Below, in pieces: positions 1 through 8,102 of a stretch of 64,000 bases of DNA. Numbering within the stretch: the first letter of the stretch is position 1; every line of letters begins with the position of its first letter. Position numbers and translations under genes: made by a program. Source of the DNA: Candidatus Poseidoniia archaeon. Lineage in GTDB: Archaea; Thermoplasmatota; Poseidoniia; MGIII; CG-Epi1. The stretch lies in NCBI GenBank assembly GCA_030754655.1, contig JASLZX010000001.1, forward strand, positions 91,059-155,058, read 5' to 3'. Under the pieces are notes generated by a model. It was not told the DNA's origin and ran no database searches. It worked only from the letters and a program-made list of their open reading frames with translations.

Positions 1-125
1 GCGACCGCAAGCGCGAAGCCATCGAAGCCCGCGCCGCTGAACTGGATATCCGTGTGCTCAACAGCCGCGGCTACAATGACGAAGAATCCGGGGATGATGA
101 CACAGAAGAGGAGGAAGAGGAATGA
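1..125 (+). CDS. Ribosomal protein L32e, C-terminal fragment (gene starts upstream of the window)
   Basis: Frame ending at TGA 123-125 translates ...RKRREAIEARAAELDIRVLNSRGYNDEESGDDDTEEEEEE. Position immediately upstream of L19e matches the conserved archaeal L32e-L19e-L18-S5 order. Its stop overlaps the L19e ATG (ATGA). Confidence 0.4.
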   Translation, partial: DRKREAIEARAAELDIRVLNSRGYNDEESGDDDTEEEEEE

Positions 126-580
126 ATCTAGCCTACCAGCGCCGCGTCGCCGCCCGACTACTCAAGTGCGGGCTCGACCGGGTCTGGATTGACGACCGCA
201 CCGAAATCCAGGAACGCATCGGTGAAGCAGTCACCCGCGACGATGTGCGCCACCTGATTGTCCAGAAGTTCATCCGCAAGCACCAGAAGAAGGGCATCTC
301 CCGCGGTCGCGCACGCCACCGCGACGCGCAGCGTGCCAAGGGGCGGCAGCGTGGCCACGGCTCGCGCCGTGGCCACGGCAAGGCGCGCACGCCAAAGAAG
401 GAGGCGTGGATGACGCGCATCCGTGCGCTGCGCGACGAACTGCGTGGCTTGCGGGTAGCGGGCACGCTCACCGCATCGCAATATCGCCACTACTACCGCC
501 GCGCCAAGGGCGGGATGTACAACTCGCGGGCGCACCTGCGCTCGCACATGCAGACCGACGGCATCGAGGTGAAACAGTGA
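122..580 (+). CDS. rpl19e: 50S ribosomal protein L19e
   Basis: ORF-track protein MNLAYQRRVAARLL...KFIRKHQKKG... is a typical basic L19e. It sits at the expected position in the r-protein cluster. Confidence 0.85.
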   Translation: MNLAYQRRVAARLLKCGLDRVWIDDRTEIQERIGEAVTRDDVRHLIVQKFIRKHQKKGISRGRARHRDAQRAKGRQRGHGSRRGHGKARTPKKEAWMTRIRALRDELRGLRVAGTLTASQYRHYYRRAKGGMYNSRAHLRSHMQTDGIEVKQ

Positions 581-1062
581 GGCAATTCCGCCGGCGCCGC
601 GAAGGCGCGACCGATTACCGCAAGCGGCTGGCGCTGCTCAAGTCGGGAGAGGCACGCGCAGTCGTGCGCGTCACCAACCGGCAGGTGCTCATCCAACTAA
701 TCCGCTTCGCGAAACAGGGCGATGAGGTTGTCACCGCGGTCAGCTCGCAGCAACTGGGTGTGCTGGGCTGGAAAGGCTCCGGCACCAGCATCCCTGCTGC
801 CTACCTGTCGGGGCTGCTCGCAGCGCGCAACGCGCAAGCTGCGGGCGAGACGCGAGCGGTGCTCGACATCGGTCGCGTCACCCCCACCCAGGGTGGTCGC
901 GTCTTCGCGGTGCTCAAGGGGCTAGTCGATGGCGGACTCGAAGTCCCACACTCAGATACCCTTTACCCGGGTGAAGAACGCATCCGCGGCGAACACATTT
1001 CCAAGGCGACAGTCAAACAGGTCGAGAAGGTCTCTGCCGCTATCAAGGAGGCGAAGGCGTGA
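577..1062 (+). CDS. rpl18: 50S ribosomal protein L18 (L18p/L5e)
   Basis: Protein VRQFRRRREGATDYRKRLALLKSGEARAVVRVTNRQVLIQLI... matches L18. Likely GTG start at 577 overlapping the L19e stop. The track ORF 406..1062 is an in-frame upstream extension inside L19e. Confidence 0.8.
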   Translation: MRQFRRRREGATDYRKRLALLKSGEARAVVRVTNRQVLIQLIRFAKQGDEVVTAVSSQQLGVLGWKGSGTSIPAAYLSGLLAARNAQAAGETRAVLDIGRVTPTQGGRVFAVLKGLVDGGLEVPHSDTLYPGEERIRGEHISKATVKQVEKVSAAIKEAKA

Positions 1063-1886
1063 GCCCGCCACCGGTGCGCAGGACCAGCACCAGCCCGCCA
1101 CCGCGTGGCGGCCCCCAGGCTGGCAGCCCACCTCGCGGTGGACCCCAGCGCGGCGGCCCCCCCCGTCGGGGCGGACCGCCGCGTGACCGCGGACCGCGGT
1201 TGACGCCGGCACAGCAGCGCCGCAAGGCGGCTTCCGAGCGCGCCGACACGTGGAAGCCGAAGACTGAGCTGGGGCGCAAGGTCATAGCCGGTGAGATTAC
1301 TACGATTCACGAGGCGCTGACGACGGGCCTGCCACTGCGCGAGCCCGAAATCGTCGATATCCTGCTGCCCGACCTGAAAGAGGAAGTTATCGACATTCAC
1401 ATGGTCCAGCGCATGTCCGATTCGGGGCGCAGGGTGCGCTTCGCCGTTACGACCATGGTCGGCAACGGTGACGGCTGCGTCGGGCTGGGTCGTGTCTCGG
1501 GTAAGCTGGTGCGGCCGACCATCCAGAAATCCATGGACCGCGCCAAGCAGAACCTGATTGAAATCCGGCGCGGCAGCGGTTCCTGGGAGTGCTCGACCGT
1601 GGTGCCGAACTCGCTGCCCTTTACCGTCGCAGGACGCACTGGCTCGACGCGCGTGACGCTCAAGCCGGCGCCGCCCGGCGTAGGGTTGGTGACCAACGAC
1701 GTCGGGCGCATCATGCTCCGCATGGCAGGCGTTCAGGACATCTGGTCGTTCAGCAAGGGGCAAACGCAGACCATCTACAATTACGCCAGTGCGATGTTCA
1801 AGGCGCTCGAGAAGACCGCCAGCACGAAGCTGCTGCCGGGCCAGGAAGAGGCGCACAACATGCTACTGGGGGCGGCGCCCGCATGA
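1059..1886 (+). CDS. rps5: 30S ribosomal protein S5 (uS5) with an unusual N-terminal RGG/Pro-rich extension
   Basis: C-terminal 200 aa is canonical S5 (…GRRVRFAVTTMVGNGDGCVGLG…GRIMLRMAGVQDIW…). The N-terminal 60 aa (PPPRGGPQAGSPPRGGPQRGGPPRRGGPPRDRGPR) is a low-complexity repeat. ATG 1059 overlaps the L18 stop. Confidence 0.9.
   Translation: MSPPPVRRTSTSPPPRGGPQAGSPPRGGPQRGGPPRRGGPPRDRGPRLTPAQQRRKAASERADTWKPKTELGRKVIAGEITTIHEALTTGLPLREPEIVDILLPDLKEEVIDIHMVQRMSDSGRRVRFAVTTMVGNGDGCVGLGRVSGKLVRPTIQKSMDRAKQNLIEIRRGSGSWECSTVVPNSLPFTVAGRTGSTRVTLKPAPPGVGLVTNDVGRIMLRMAGVQDIWSFSKGQTQTIYNYASAMFKALEKTASTKLLPGQEEAHNMLLGAAPA
1090..1200 (+). repeat. Degenerate tandem repeat encoding the P-R-G-G-P-Q/P repeats of the uS5 N-terminal extension
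   Basis: ccaccgcgtggcggcccccaggctggcagcccacctcgcggtggaccccagcgcggcggccccccccgtcggggcggaccgccgcgtgaccgcggaccg. Confidence 0.6.
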
Positions 1887-2356
1887 CCTGGGCCGTCGTC
1901 CGCGTGCGCGGGCCGATTAACGTCAAGCCCAAGGCGCGCGAAACAATGCGGCTGCTGCGACTGAACCGGGTCAACCACTGCGTGATGGTCCCTGAAGACG
2001 CCACCCATCTTGGGATGCTGCGGCAAGTGAAGGATTACGTCACCTGGGGCGAAGCCGACGCCGAGACCGCCGAGCTGCTGCTGGGCGACGCCGGAATGCT
2101 GGGCGGGCGCAAGCCGCTCGGCAAGGCGGCGCTCAAGGAGGGCGGCTTCACAACGGTGAAAGCGTTCGCGAAGAAAGTGGCTGCCGGCAAGGCGCGGCTG
2201 CGCGACGTTCCGGGCCTGAAACCGGTGCTGCGGCTCCATCCGCCCCGCAAGGGGTGGGAGGGCATCAAGCGCTCTTTCACCGAAGGCGGCGCGCTGGGCT
2301 ACCGCGGCGACGCCATCAACGCCCTGTTGAGGAGGATGACTCGTGGCGATGCGTAA
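1883..2356 (+). CDS. rpl30: 50S ribosomal protein L30 (uL30)
   Basis: MTWAVVRVRGPINVKPKARETMRLLRLNRVNHCVMV… is typical L30. ATG 1883 overlaps the S5 stop (ATGA). The track ORF 1589..2356 is an upstream extension. Confidence 0.85.
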   Translation: MTWAVVRVRGPINVKPKARETMRLLRLNRVNHCVMVPEDATHLGMLRQVKDYVTWGEADAETAELLLGDAGMLGGRKPLGKAALKEGGFTTVKAFAKKVAAGKARLRDVPGLKPVLRLHPPRKGWEGIKRSFTEGGALGYRGDAINALLRRMTRGDA

Positions 2357-2762
2357 GTCCATGCGACGCGGCCGCACCCGCGGACGCGGCCACAAGAAAG
2401 GGCGTGGCGCCGGCCTGCGTGGTGGGCGCGGCAACGCTGGCTCGCACAAGACCAAGCGGGTGATGTACGAGCGCGTCGGACGCGTCTGGGGCCGTTCCGG
2501 CTTCACACGGCCGCCGGCGGTCGTCGCCGCCAGCGCAGTGCTGAACCTGAAACTGCTCGAAGAATCGCTCGACCGCTGGGTCACCGACGGCAGCGCGACA
2601 CAGAAAGGGAAACAGATCTCCGTCAACTTGGGGCCACTGGGCTTCGACAAACTGCTCTCGACCGGCGACCTGAGCCACCCCTGCACGATTACCGTAAGCG
2701 CTGCCTCCGCCCGCGCCATCCAGAAGGTGGAAGCTGCTGGTGGAGAGGTGCAGCTTGGCTGA
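2343..2762 (+). CDS. rpl15: 50S ribosomal protein L15 (uL15)
   Basis: MAMRKSMRRGRTRGRGHKKGRGAGLRGGRGNAGSHKTKR… is a Gly/Arg-rich L15 N-terminus. The start overlaps the L30 end. Confidence 0.85.
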   Translation: MAMRKSMRRGRTRGRGHKKGRGAGLRGGRGNAGSHKTKRVMYERVGRVWGRSGFTRPPAVVAASAVLNLKLLEESLDRWVTDGSATQKGKQISVNLGPLGFDKLLSTGDLSHPCTITVSAASARAIQKVEAAGGEVQLG

Positions 2763-2910
2763 TTCGATACCGCGCGAGCCGTCGAGGGCCTTCGGCCCCT
2801 GTATCGCGGTAATCCTGTTCTACTTGCTCTGGTTCCGCTGGAAGGACCCCAGCACTGAGGCGACACTGCTGATGGGGGGGGGCGTGGCCATCCTGACCTG
2901 GCTCACCTAC

Positions 2911-4473
2911 ATGGCCTCCTCGTATTCTGGCGAAGGGTCGAAGCTGCACGGGCTGGCGCCGATTATCGAGCGCATGCCGAGCATCACCAAGCCGGACGGC
3001 CACGTCCATTTCCGGACCAAGATGACCTGGACGCTTGGCATCCTGATTCTCTACTTCGCGCTGACCAACGTCACGATGTACGGCCTCGGCAGCGACACCG
3101 TCGACCTGTTCGTTCAGTACCGCGCCATCCTTGCCGGGGCATCGGGGAGCCTGATGCATCTCGGTATCGGGCCAATCGTAACCGGCTCGATTATCATGCA
3201 GCTTTTCACCGGCGCCAAGATTATCAACCTCAACCTGCAGGACGCCAAGGACAAGGCGATCTACCAGGGCACCCAGAAGGTGCTGGTAGTGGTGATGATT
3301 TTCGTCGAATCCATCCCGCAGGTCTTCGGCTTCCTCGAACCCAGCGCAACCGTCGTCGGCGAGCTCGGGCTGACGTGGGCCCGCATGGCAATTATCACTC
3401 AGCTGATTATCGGCTCGTATCTTGTGTTCCTGATGGACGAGGTTGTCTCCAAATGGGGCATCGGCAGCGGCATTTCCCTCTTCATCGCCGCTGGTGTCAG
3501 CCAGGCGCTCTTCACCGGCACCCTCAACTGGGAGCCGGCGCCCGGGACGACCGACCCCAACTCGCCGCCGACCGGGACCATCCCGATGGTTATTTGGTAC
3601 ATCATGAACTCCTCATCGCGCGAGCTGATGCAGGGGGGCTACGAGGCGATGCTGTTGGCACCGCCCAATCCGGTCGTCGCGCTGGTCGGGACACTCGTCG
3701 TGTTCTTCGTCGTGGTGTATGTCGAGTCGTCGCGCATCGAACTGCCGCTGGCACACGGACGCGTCCGCGGCGCGCGCGGACGCTACCCCATCCGGCTGAT
3801 TTACGCCAGCAACATCCCAGTCATCCTGATGGCGGCGCTGCTCGCCAACGTCAACATGTTCGCGATGCTATTCTGGTCGCACCCGACGATGTCCAAATGG
3901 CCGATTATCGGGCATAACTGGATGATCGGCGCTTTCGACGTCAGCCAAGGCAACCCGGTCCCGACCATGGGTGCTGCCTACTACCTCAACCGTATCAACG
4001 GCATGCAGGACTGGTTCCTGCCGCTGGCGAGCCCCAAATACGAGAGCTACATGATTATTGGTGGCGTGAGCCACGAGCCATACCAGCTGGTGTTGCATAT
4101 TATCGTCTACATGGGCGTTATGATTCTGGGCTCAATGATGTTCGCTAAGTTCTGGATTGAAACTACTAACATGGGGCCACAAGCGGTCGCCAAACAAATT
4201 CAGGGCTCGGGGATGCAGATTCCTGGCTTCCGGCGCGACCCGCGCATCGTCGAGAAGGTGCTTGAGCGGTACATCCCGACGGTGACTGTCTTCAGTGGCG
4301 CAATAGTGGGACTGCTCGCTGCGGGGGCAGACATGGTCGGCACCACCGGGCAATCGTCCGGAACAGGGGTATTGCTGACTGTTGGCATCATGATACGCAT
4401 GTACGAACAAATCGGCAAGGAGCAGATGATGGAAATGCATCCGGTCCTGCGACAGTTTTTCGGCGAGGAGTGA
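2911..4473 (+). CDS. secY: Preprotein translocase subunit SecY
   Basis: Ten-TM protein with the archaeal SecY N-terminus (MASSYSGEGSKLHGLAPIIERMPSITKPDGHVHFRTKMTWT…). The track ORF begins at 2740. I prefer the ATG at 2911 by alignment to archaeal SecY N-termini; 2872 is an alternative. Confidence 0.85.
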   Translation: MASSYSGEGSKLHGLAPIIERMPSITKPDGHVHFRTKMTWTLGILILYFALTNVTMYGLGSDTVDLFVQYRAILAGASGSLMHLGIGPIVTGSIIMQLFTGAKIINLNLQDAKDKAIYQGTQKVLVVVMIFVESIPQVFGFLEPSATVVGELGLTWARMAIITQLIIGSYLVFLMDEVVSKWGIGSGISLFIAAGVSQALFTGTLNWEPAPGTTDPNSPPTGTIPMVIWYIMNSSSRELMQGGYEAMLLAPPNPVVALVGTLVVFFVVVYVESSRIELPLAHGRVRGARGRYPIRLIYASNIPVILMAALLANVNMFAMLFWSHPTMSKWPIIGHNWMIGAFDVSQGNPVPTMGAAYYLNRINGMQDWFLPLASPKYESYMIIGGVSHEPYQLVLHIIVYMGVMILGSMMFAKFWIETTNMGPQAVAKQIQGSGMQIPGFRRDPRIVEKVLERYIPTVTVFSGAIVGLLAAGADMVGTTGQSSGTGVLLTVGIMIRMYEQIGKEQMMEMHPVLRQFFGEE

Positions 4474-5102
4474 TGGCGCGCGTCATCGGCGGCTCGACCA
4501 TCGGTGAGGGCTGCTTTCTGGACCGCGACGTCGTCATCGGCTACCCGCCAGGCGACGAACTGCCTCTGCTCGGCAGCGACCGTGAAGCGGAAATCACGGG
4601 CGCGGCCGTCGGCGACAACTGCACGCTACGAGCCGGGACGCTCTACTCCCGCGCGCGGCTCGGCAGCAGCGTGCGTAGCGGCCACGGCTGGCTGGTGCGC
4701 GAAGACTCAACCGTCGGCAACGGTTGCCTGATTGGGACCGGCGTCACCATCGACAACGACTGCCGTGTCGGCGACCACTGCAGCTTGCAGACCGGCGTCT
4801 ACATCCCCACCGGCTCGCGCATCGGTGACCGCTGCTTCCTTGGCCCCAACGCGACGCTTACCAACGACCGCACCCCGCTGCGGACCGACTATCGGCTCGA
4901 GGGCGTTACGCTGGGCGACGACGTCACCGTCGGCGCCAATGCGACGCTGATGCCAGGTATCAGCGTCGGCGAAGGTGCGTTCATCGCCGGCGGCGCGGTC
5001 GTTACGCGCGACGTGCCCGTCTGGAAGATGGCGGTCGGCGTCCCGGCGCGGATTGTGGATTTGCCGGAAAACCTGAAGAAGCCCAACCGGCTCGGTGAGT
5101 GA
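4470..5102 (+). CDS. Hexapeptide-repeat (left-handed beta-helix) acyl/acetyltransferase
   Basis: Repeated [LIV]-G-x-x-x-x hexapeptide motifs (VGDNCTLRAG, VGNGCLIGTGVTIDNDCRVGDHCSLQTGVYI, VGANATLMPGISVGEGAFIAGGAVV). Its start overlaps the secY stop (4470/4473) and its stop overlaps the adk start (5099/5102). Confidence 0.7.
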   Translation: MMARVIGGSTIGEGCFLDRDVVIGYPPGDELPLLGSDREAEITGAAVGDNCTLRAGTLYSRARLGSSVRSGHGWLVREDSTVGNGCLIGTGVTIDNDCRVGDHCSLQTGVYIPTGSRIGDRCFLGPNATLTNDRTPLRTDYRLEGVTLGDDVTVGANATLMPGISVGEGAFIAGGAVVTRDVPVWKMAVGVPARIVDLPENLKKPNRLGE

Positions 5103-5635
5103 TGGGCGTCATCGTCGTTACCGGTGTGCCAGGGGTGGGCAAGTCTACTGTCATGGCCGGCGCCGACGAAGCGGGCTACGGTAGTGTCAACTTTGGTGAC
5201 ATGATGTTCGAGGTCGCGCAGGCCGAGGGTGCTGCTGACCGCGACCAGATGCGCAAGCTACCGATAGGTGAGCAGCAACGACTGCAACGCCTGGCGGGCG
5301 AGCGAATTGCCGCGATGGGTGACGTTGTTGTCGACACGCACGCTTCCATCCGCACCGCGCAGGGATTCATGCCGGGCCTGCCCGAGTGGACGCTGCGCGC
5401 GATGGTGCCCACCATTATCGTGCTGGTCGAAGCGACACCGACCGAGATTGCCGGCCGCCGCGCCAAGGATGCAACCCGGCTGCGCGACGCCGACAACGTC
5501 GCGCTGCATCAGGAAGTTAACCGCGCCTTCGCCGCAGCCAGTGCGGTGATGGTCGGCGCGACCGTCGCCATCATCGAGAACCACGATGGAGGGGTTGACG
5601 CGGCGGTTGCGCAGTTCCGGGAGCTACTCGCGTGA
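5099..5635 (+). CDS. adkA: Adenylate kinase, archaeal type
   Basis: MMGVIVVTGVPGVGKSTV… gives a P-loop. Size (178 aa) and position after secY are typical of archaeal AdkA. Confidence 0.8.
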   Translation: MMGVIVVTGVPGVGKSTVMAGADEAGYGSVNFGDMMFEVAQAEGAADRDQMRKLPIGEQQRLQRLAGERIAAMGDVVVDTHASIRTAQGFMPGLPEWTLRAMVPTIIVLVEATPTEIAGRRAKDATRLRDADNVALHQEVNRAFAAASAVMVGATVAIIENHDGGVDAAVAQFRELLA

Positions 5636-6282
5636 GCGAGACGGAGCAGCAGCCCCCGGCAATGGGCGGCATGTTCCTGACCATGTTCCTGATGCTCTAC
5701 ATCATCATCAACCCCGGGCTGCGGGTGACGATGGGCGAGGTGGCCGAGACACTGCTCGAGCCGCGCATCGGCTTCGACGGCGCGTACCCGGCGGTCACGA
5801 TCCTGCTGGCGGGGATGGTGATGATTGGCGGCACCACCGTCATTCGCCACTTGCTGGTCGACTGGCAACAGATGGCTGAGGTGCAACTCAAGATGCAGGC
5901 GTACAACAAGGCACTGAGCGCTGCGCGGAAGGAGGGGCAGCAGGCGCGGGTGCAGAAACTGATGAAAATGCAACCGGAAGTGCTGATGCTCCAGTCGGGG
6001 ATGATGTCCAACCAAATGCGCCCAATGGTTTTCACGATGCTGATTGCAATTCCCATCATCATGTGGCTCTACGAGTTCACGGCGGGACTGCCGGTGCAGG
6101 CGCTCTCGCTACCGTGGGAACCCCATTGGGAATTGCAGGAACGGCTCTGGATCCTGCCGCACTGGATCGTGATCTACTCCGTAATGGCGCTGCCGTTCGG
6201 GCAAATCCTGCTGCGTGGGCTGAAGCTGGCGAGCGCGCTGCCGCAGCTGCGCTTCGGGCAGCTGGAGGCCGAACACGAGTAG
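5632..6282 (+). CDS. DUF106 / EMC3-like Oxa1-superfamily membrane protein
   Basis: Three TM segments plus a coiled middle region (…QMAEVQLKMQAYNKALSAARKEGQQARVQKLMKMQPEVLMLQSGMMSNQMRPM…). The conserved position after adk in archaeal r-protein clusters is established for DUF106. Confidence 0.7.
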   Translation: MSETEQQPPAMGGMFLTMFLMLYIIINPGLRVTMGEVAETLLEPRIGFDGAYPAVTILLAGMVMIGGTTVIRHLLVDWQQMAEVQLKMQAYNKALSAARKEGQQARVQKLMKMQPEVLMLQSGMMSNQMRPMVFTMLIAIPIIMWLYEFTAGLPVQALSLPWEPHWELQERLWILPHWIVIYSVMALPFGQILLRGLKLASALPQLRFGQLEAEHE

Positions 6283-6342
6283 CGAAGACGCACCTCCTTC
6301 AATTTAAATATTGGTCGTCGAGAACTAGCGCAATAGGGAAGT

Positions 6343-6615
6343 CTACTTTCTGCGGAGGATTGCAATCAATCCAATCGAAATTAAAGCAGAAATCATAGAT
6401 ACTGAAGGTAGCGGTGATTCGTCTTCGCTGTCCCCACACAAACATCCATCGTCGACGCCATCAATATCCGCACAGGTGTAGGATGCCGGGTCCGTCCCAT
6501 TCCTCGCATCTACGGTGAAGGTGACGTTGACGTCTTCAGCACTCGCAGGGGACGGCAGGAAAAAGGCCAAAAACAGAATTGCGGCCAGCGTGCCCAGTAT
6601 TGTCGTGGAGTTCAT
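6343..6615 (-). CDS. Small secreted protein with N-terminal signal peptide and C-terminal TM anchor plus basic tail
   Basis: MNSTTILGTLAAILFLAFFLPSPASA… followed by an acidic Cys-rich core and ending …SPLPSVSMISALISIGLIAILRRK. Sits in a low-GC patch. I take the start at the internal Met with the signal peptide (track ORF 6343..6672). Confidence 0.4.
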   Translation of the reverse strand: MNSTTILGTLAAILFLAFFLPSPASAEDVNVTFTVDARNGTDPASYTCADIDGVDDGCLCGDSEDESPLPSVSMISALISIGLIAILRRK

Positions 6616-6707
6616 GATTAGTAACTCCTCTGGTAACCCGGGGTGGAGGGTGGGGTTAAAACAATTCTGCACGCGGTTTTAGTCTGTAACTAGGGGGCGC
6701 GATTATA

Positions 6708-7283
6708 TCAACTGGAGATGGAGAGCGAAAGCCGCTCCACCCGCAGGATTTCGCCATCGAAATTCTGCTCGTCGAACCGCTCGCGTTCCCAGCCCTCCGG
6801 CAGCTCGCCCATCAAGCTCGAGAGCAGCAGCCACACCCCACCACCCGGCCGCAGGTGGCGCGGCGCCCCAGTGAGCAGTTGCTGAGTGAACTCGGTGCCA
6901 GTCGGGCCGCCTTCGACCGCCAGCGCCAACCAGCGGTCGTCGTATTCGCCGCCCGGCGGCAGGTAGGGCGGGTTGCAAACAATGGCATCGAAGCGGCGGT
7001 CGCCGACCGGCTCGAACAGGTCGCCTTGCAAGAACTCGATGTGGTGCCCTGCCACCCGGGCGTTCCGCCGCGCCAGCGCGATGGCGTGCGGGTTCAGGTC
7101 GGTCGCGGTGACCACTCCCCCGAGCGCGGCGAGCGTGAGCGCGACGATGCCGCTGCCGGTGCCCAGCTCTAGGACGGCGCCGCGCAGCTCGGGGAAGCGC
7201 GTCGCCGCGCGCTCGAGTGTGGCACAGAGCAGCCAGCTGTCTTCGGCCGGCTCGTAGACGCGGCCGTCCTTGCGAAGGTTCAC
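6708..7283 (-). CDS. HemK/Mtq2-like N5-glutamine (release-factor) methyltransferase
   Basis: SAM-binding motif LELGTGSGIVAL and catalytic NPPY (IVCNPPYLP). 191 aa, typical of archaeal Mtq2-like enzymes. Confidence 0.7.
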   Translation of the reverse strand: MNLRKDGRVYEPAEDSWLLCATLERAATRFPELRGAVLELGTGSGIVALTLAALGGVVTATDLNPHAIALARRNARVAGHHIEFLQGDLFEPVGDRRFDAIVCNPPYLPPGGEYDDRWLALAVEGGPTGTEFTQQLLTGAPRHLRPGGGVWLLLSSLMGELPEGWERERFDEQNFDGEILRVERLSLSISS

Positions 7284-7331
7284 GACGCGGCAGCGGTATA
7301 GTTATATAACCAATTGTGCAAGGCTATAGTA

Positions 7332-8102
7332 ATGGCCTGGAAGAAGGAGAACAAGCCGGCGCAGTTCCTGCTCTCGATTACCGCAGCGCACGGCGACGAC
7401 TGGGCAGCGCTCAAAACTTCGGCCGCCGAACAGGGGCGGCCGGTCAGCGAGCTGGTGCGTGAAGCGATTTCCGACAAGGTCGGCACGGGCGAGCCGCGCC
7501 GCGCGCTGGTGCTGAGCCCGCACACCGACGACGCCGAACTGGGGTGCGGCGGGACCATCGCCAAGCTGGTCGAGCGCGGCTGGTCGGTGCACGTCATCTA
7601 CTTCAGCGCGGTCGCCGAGCGGTATCCCGACCTGGCCGACGAAGCTGCGGCGTCGGGAAAAATCCTAGGCGTCACGCATGAGATCCTTGATTTCTACACC
7701 CGCCAGTTCCCGCGCGACCGGCAGGAAATACTGCAGGCACTCTGCGACCATTCGTGCCTGCGCAGCTACGAACTCGTGTTTACGCCGGCGACGACTGACA
7801 TCCACCAGGACCATGGCGTCGTGACCGCCGAGGCGCTACGCGCCTTCCGGAATTGCACGCTGCTCGGCTACGAGCTGCCGTGGAATAATCTCGAAATCGA
7901 GCTCAACTGCTTCATCTCGCTCGAGGAGCGGCACGTGCGCAAGAAGCTCAAGGCGCTCGACTGCTACGACAGCCAAAAACACAACCCCTACTTCGACCCC
8001 AAGTTCTTCCGTTCCGTAGTCCGCATGCGCGGAGTCCAGCTCGCGGTGCCGTATGCCGAAGGCTTCGAGACGCTGAAGGTGCGGCTGGACGGCATGCTGT
8101 GA
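7332..8102 (+). CDS. LmbE/PIG-L family N-acetylglucosaminyl deacetylase with N-terminal ribbon-helix-helix-like domain
   Basis: LmbE signature ALVLSPHTDDAELGCGGTI plus downstream HQDH. The N-terminal 45 aa (KKENKPAQFLLSITAAHGDDWAALKTSAAEQGRPVSELVREAISDKV) has a strand-helix-helix RHH pattern. A TATA-like tatagttatataa at 7297-7309 sits about 25 nt upstream of ATG 7332, suggesting a leaderless start. Confidence 0.7.
   Translation: MAWKKENKPAQFLLSITAAHGDDWAALKTSAAEQGRPVSELVREAISDKVGTGEPRRALVLSPHTDDAELGCGGTIAKLVERGWSVHVIYFSAVAERYPDLADEAAASGKILGVTHEILDFYTRQFPRDRQEILQALCDHSCLRSYELVFTPATTDIHQDHGVVTAEALRAFRNCTLLGYELPWNNLEIELNCFISLEERHVRKKLKALDCYDSQKHNPYFDPKFFRSVVRMRGVQLAVPYAEGFETLKVRLDGML

Noticed and set aside
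963-2866. Long minus-strand ORFs (963..1856, 1781..2866, 2689..3159) antisense to L18/S5/L30/L15/SecY
   Set aside because: They overlap highly conserved ribosomal protein genes whose identity is unambiguous. They are Arg/Ala/Pro-rich GC-frame artefacts.
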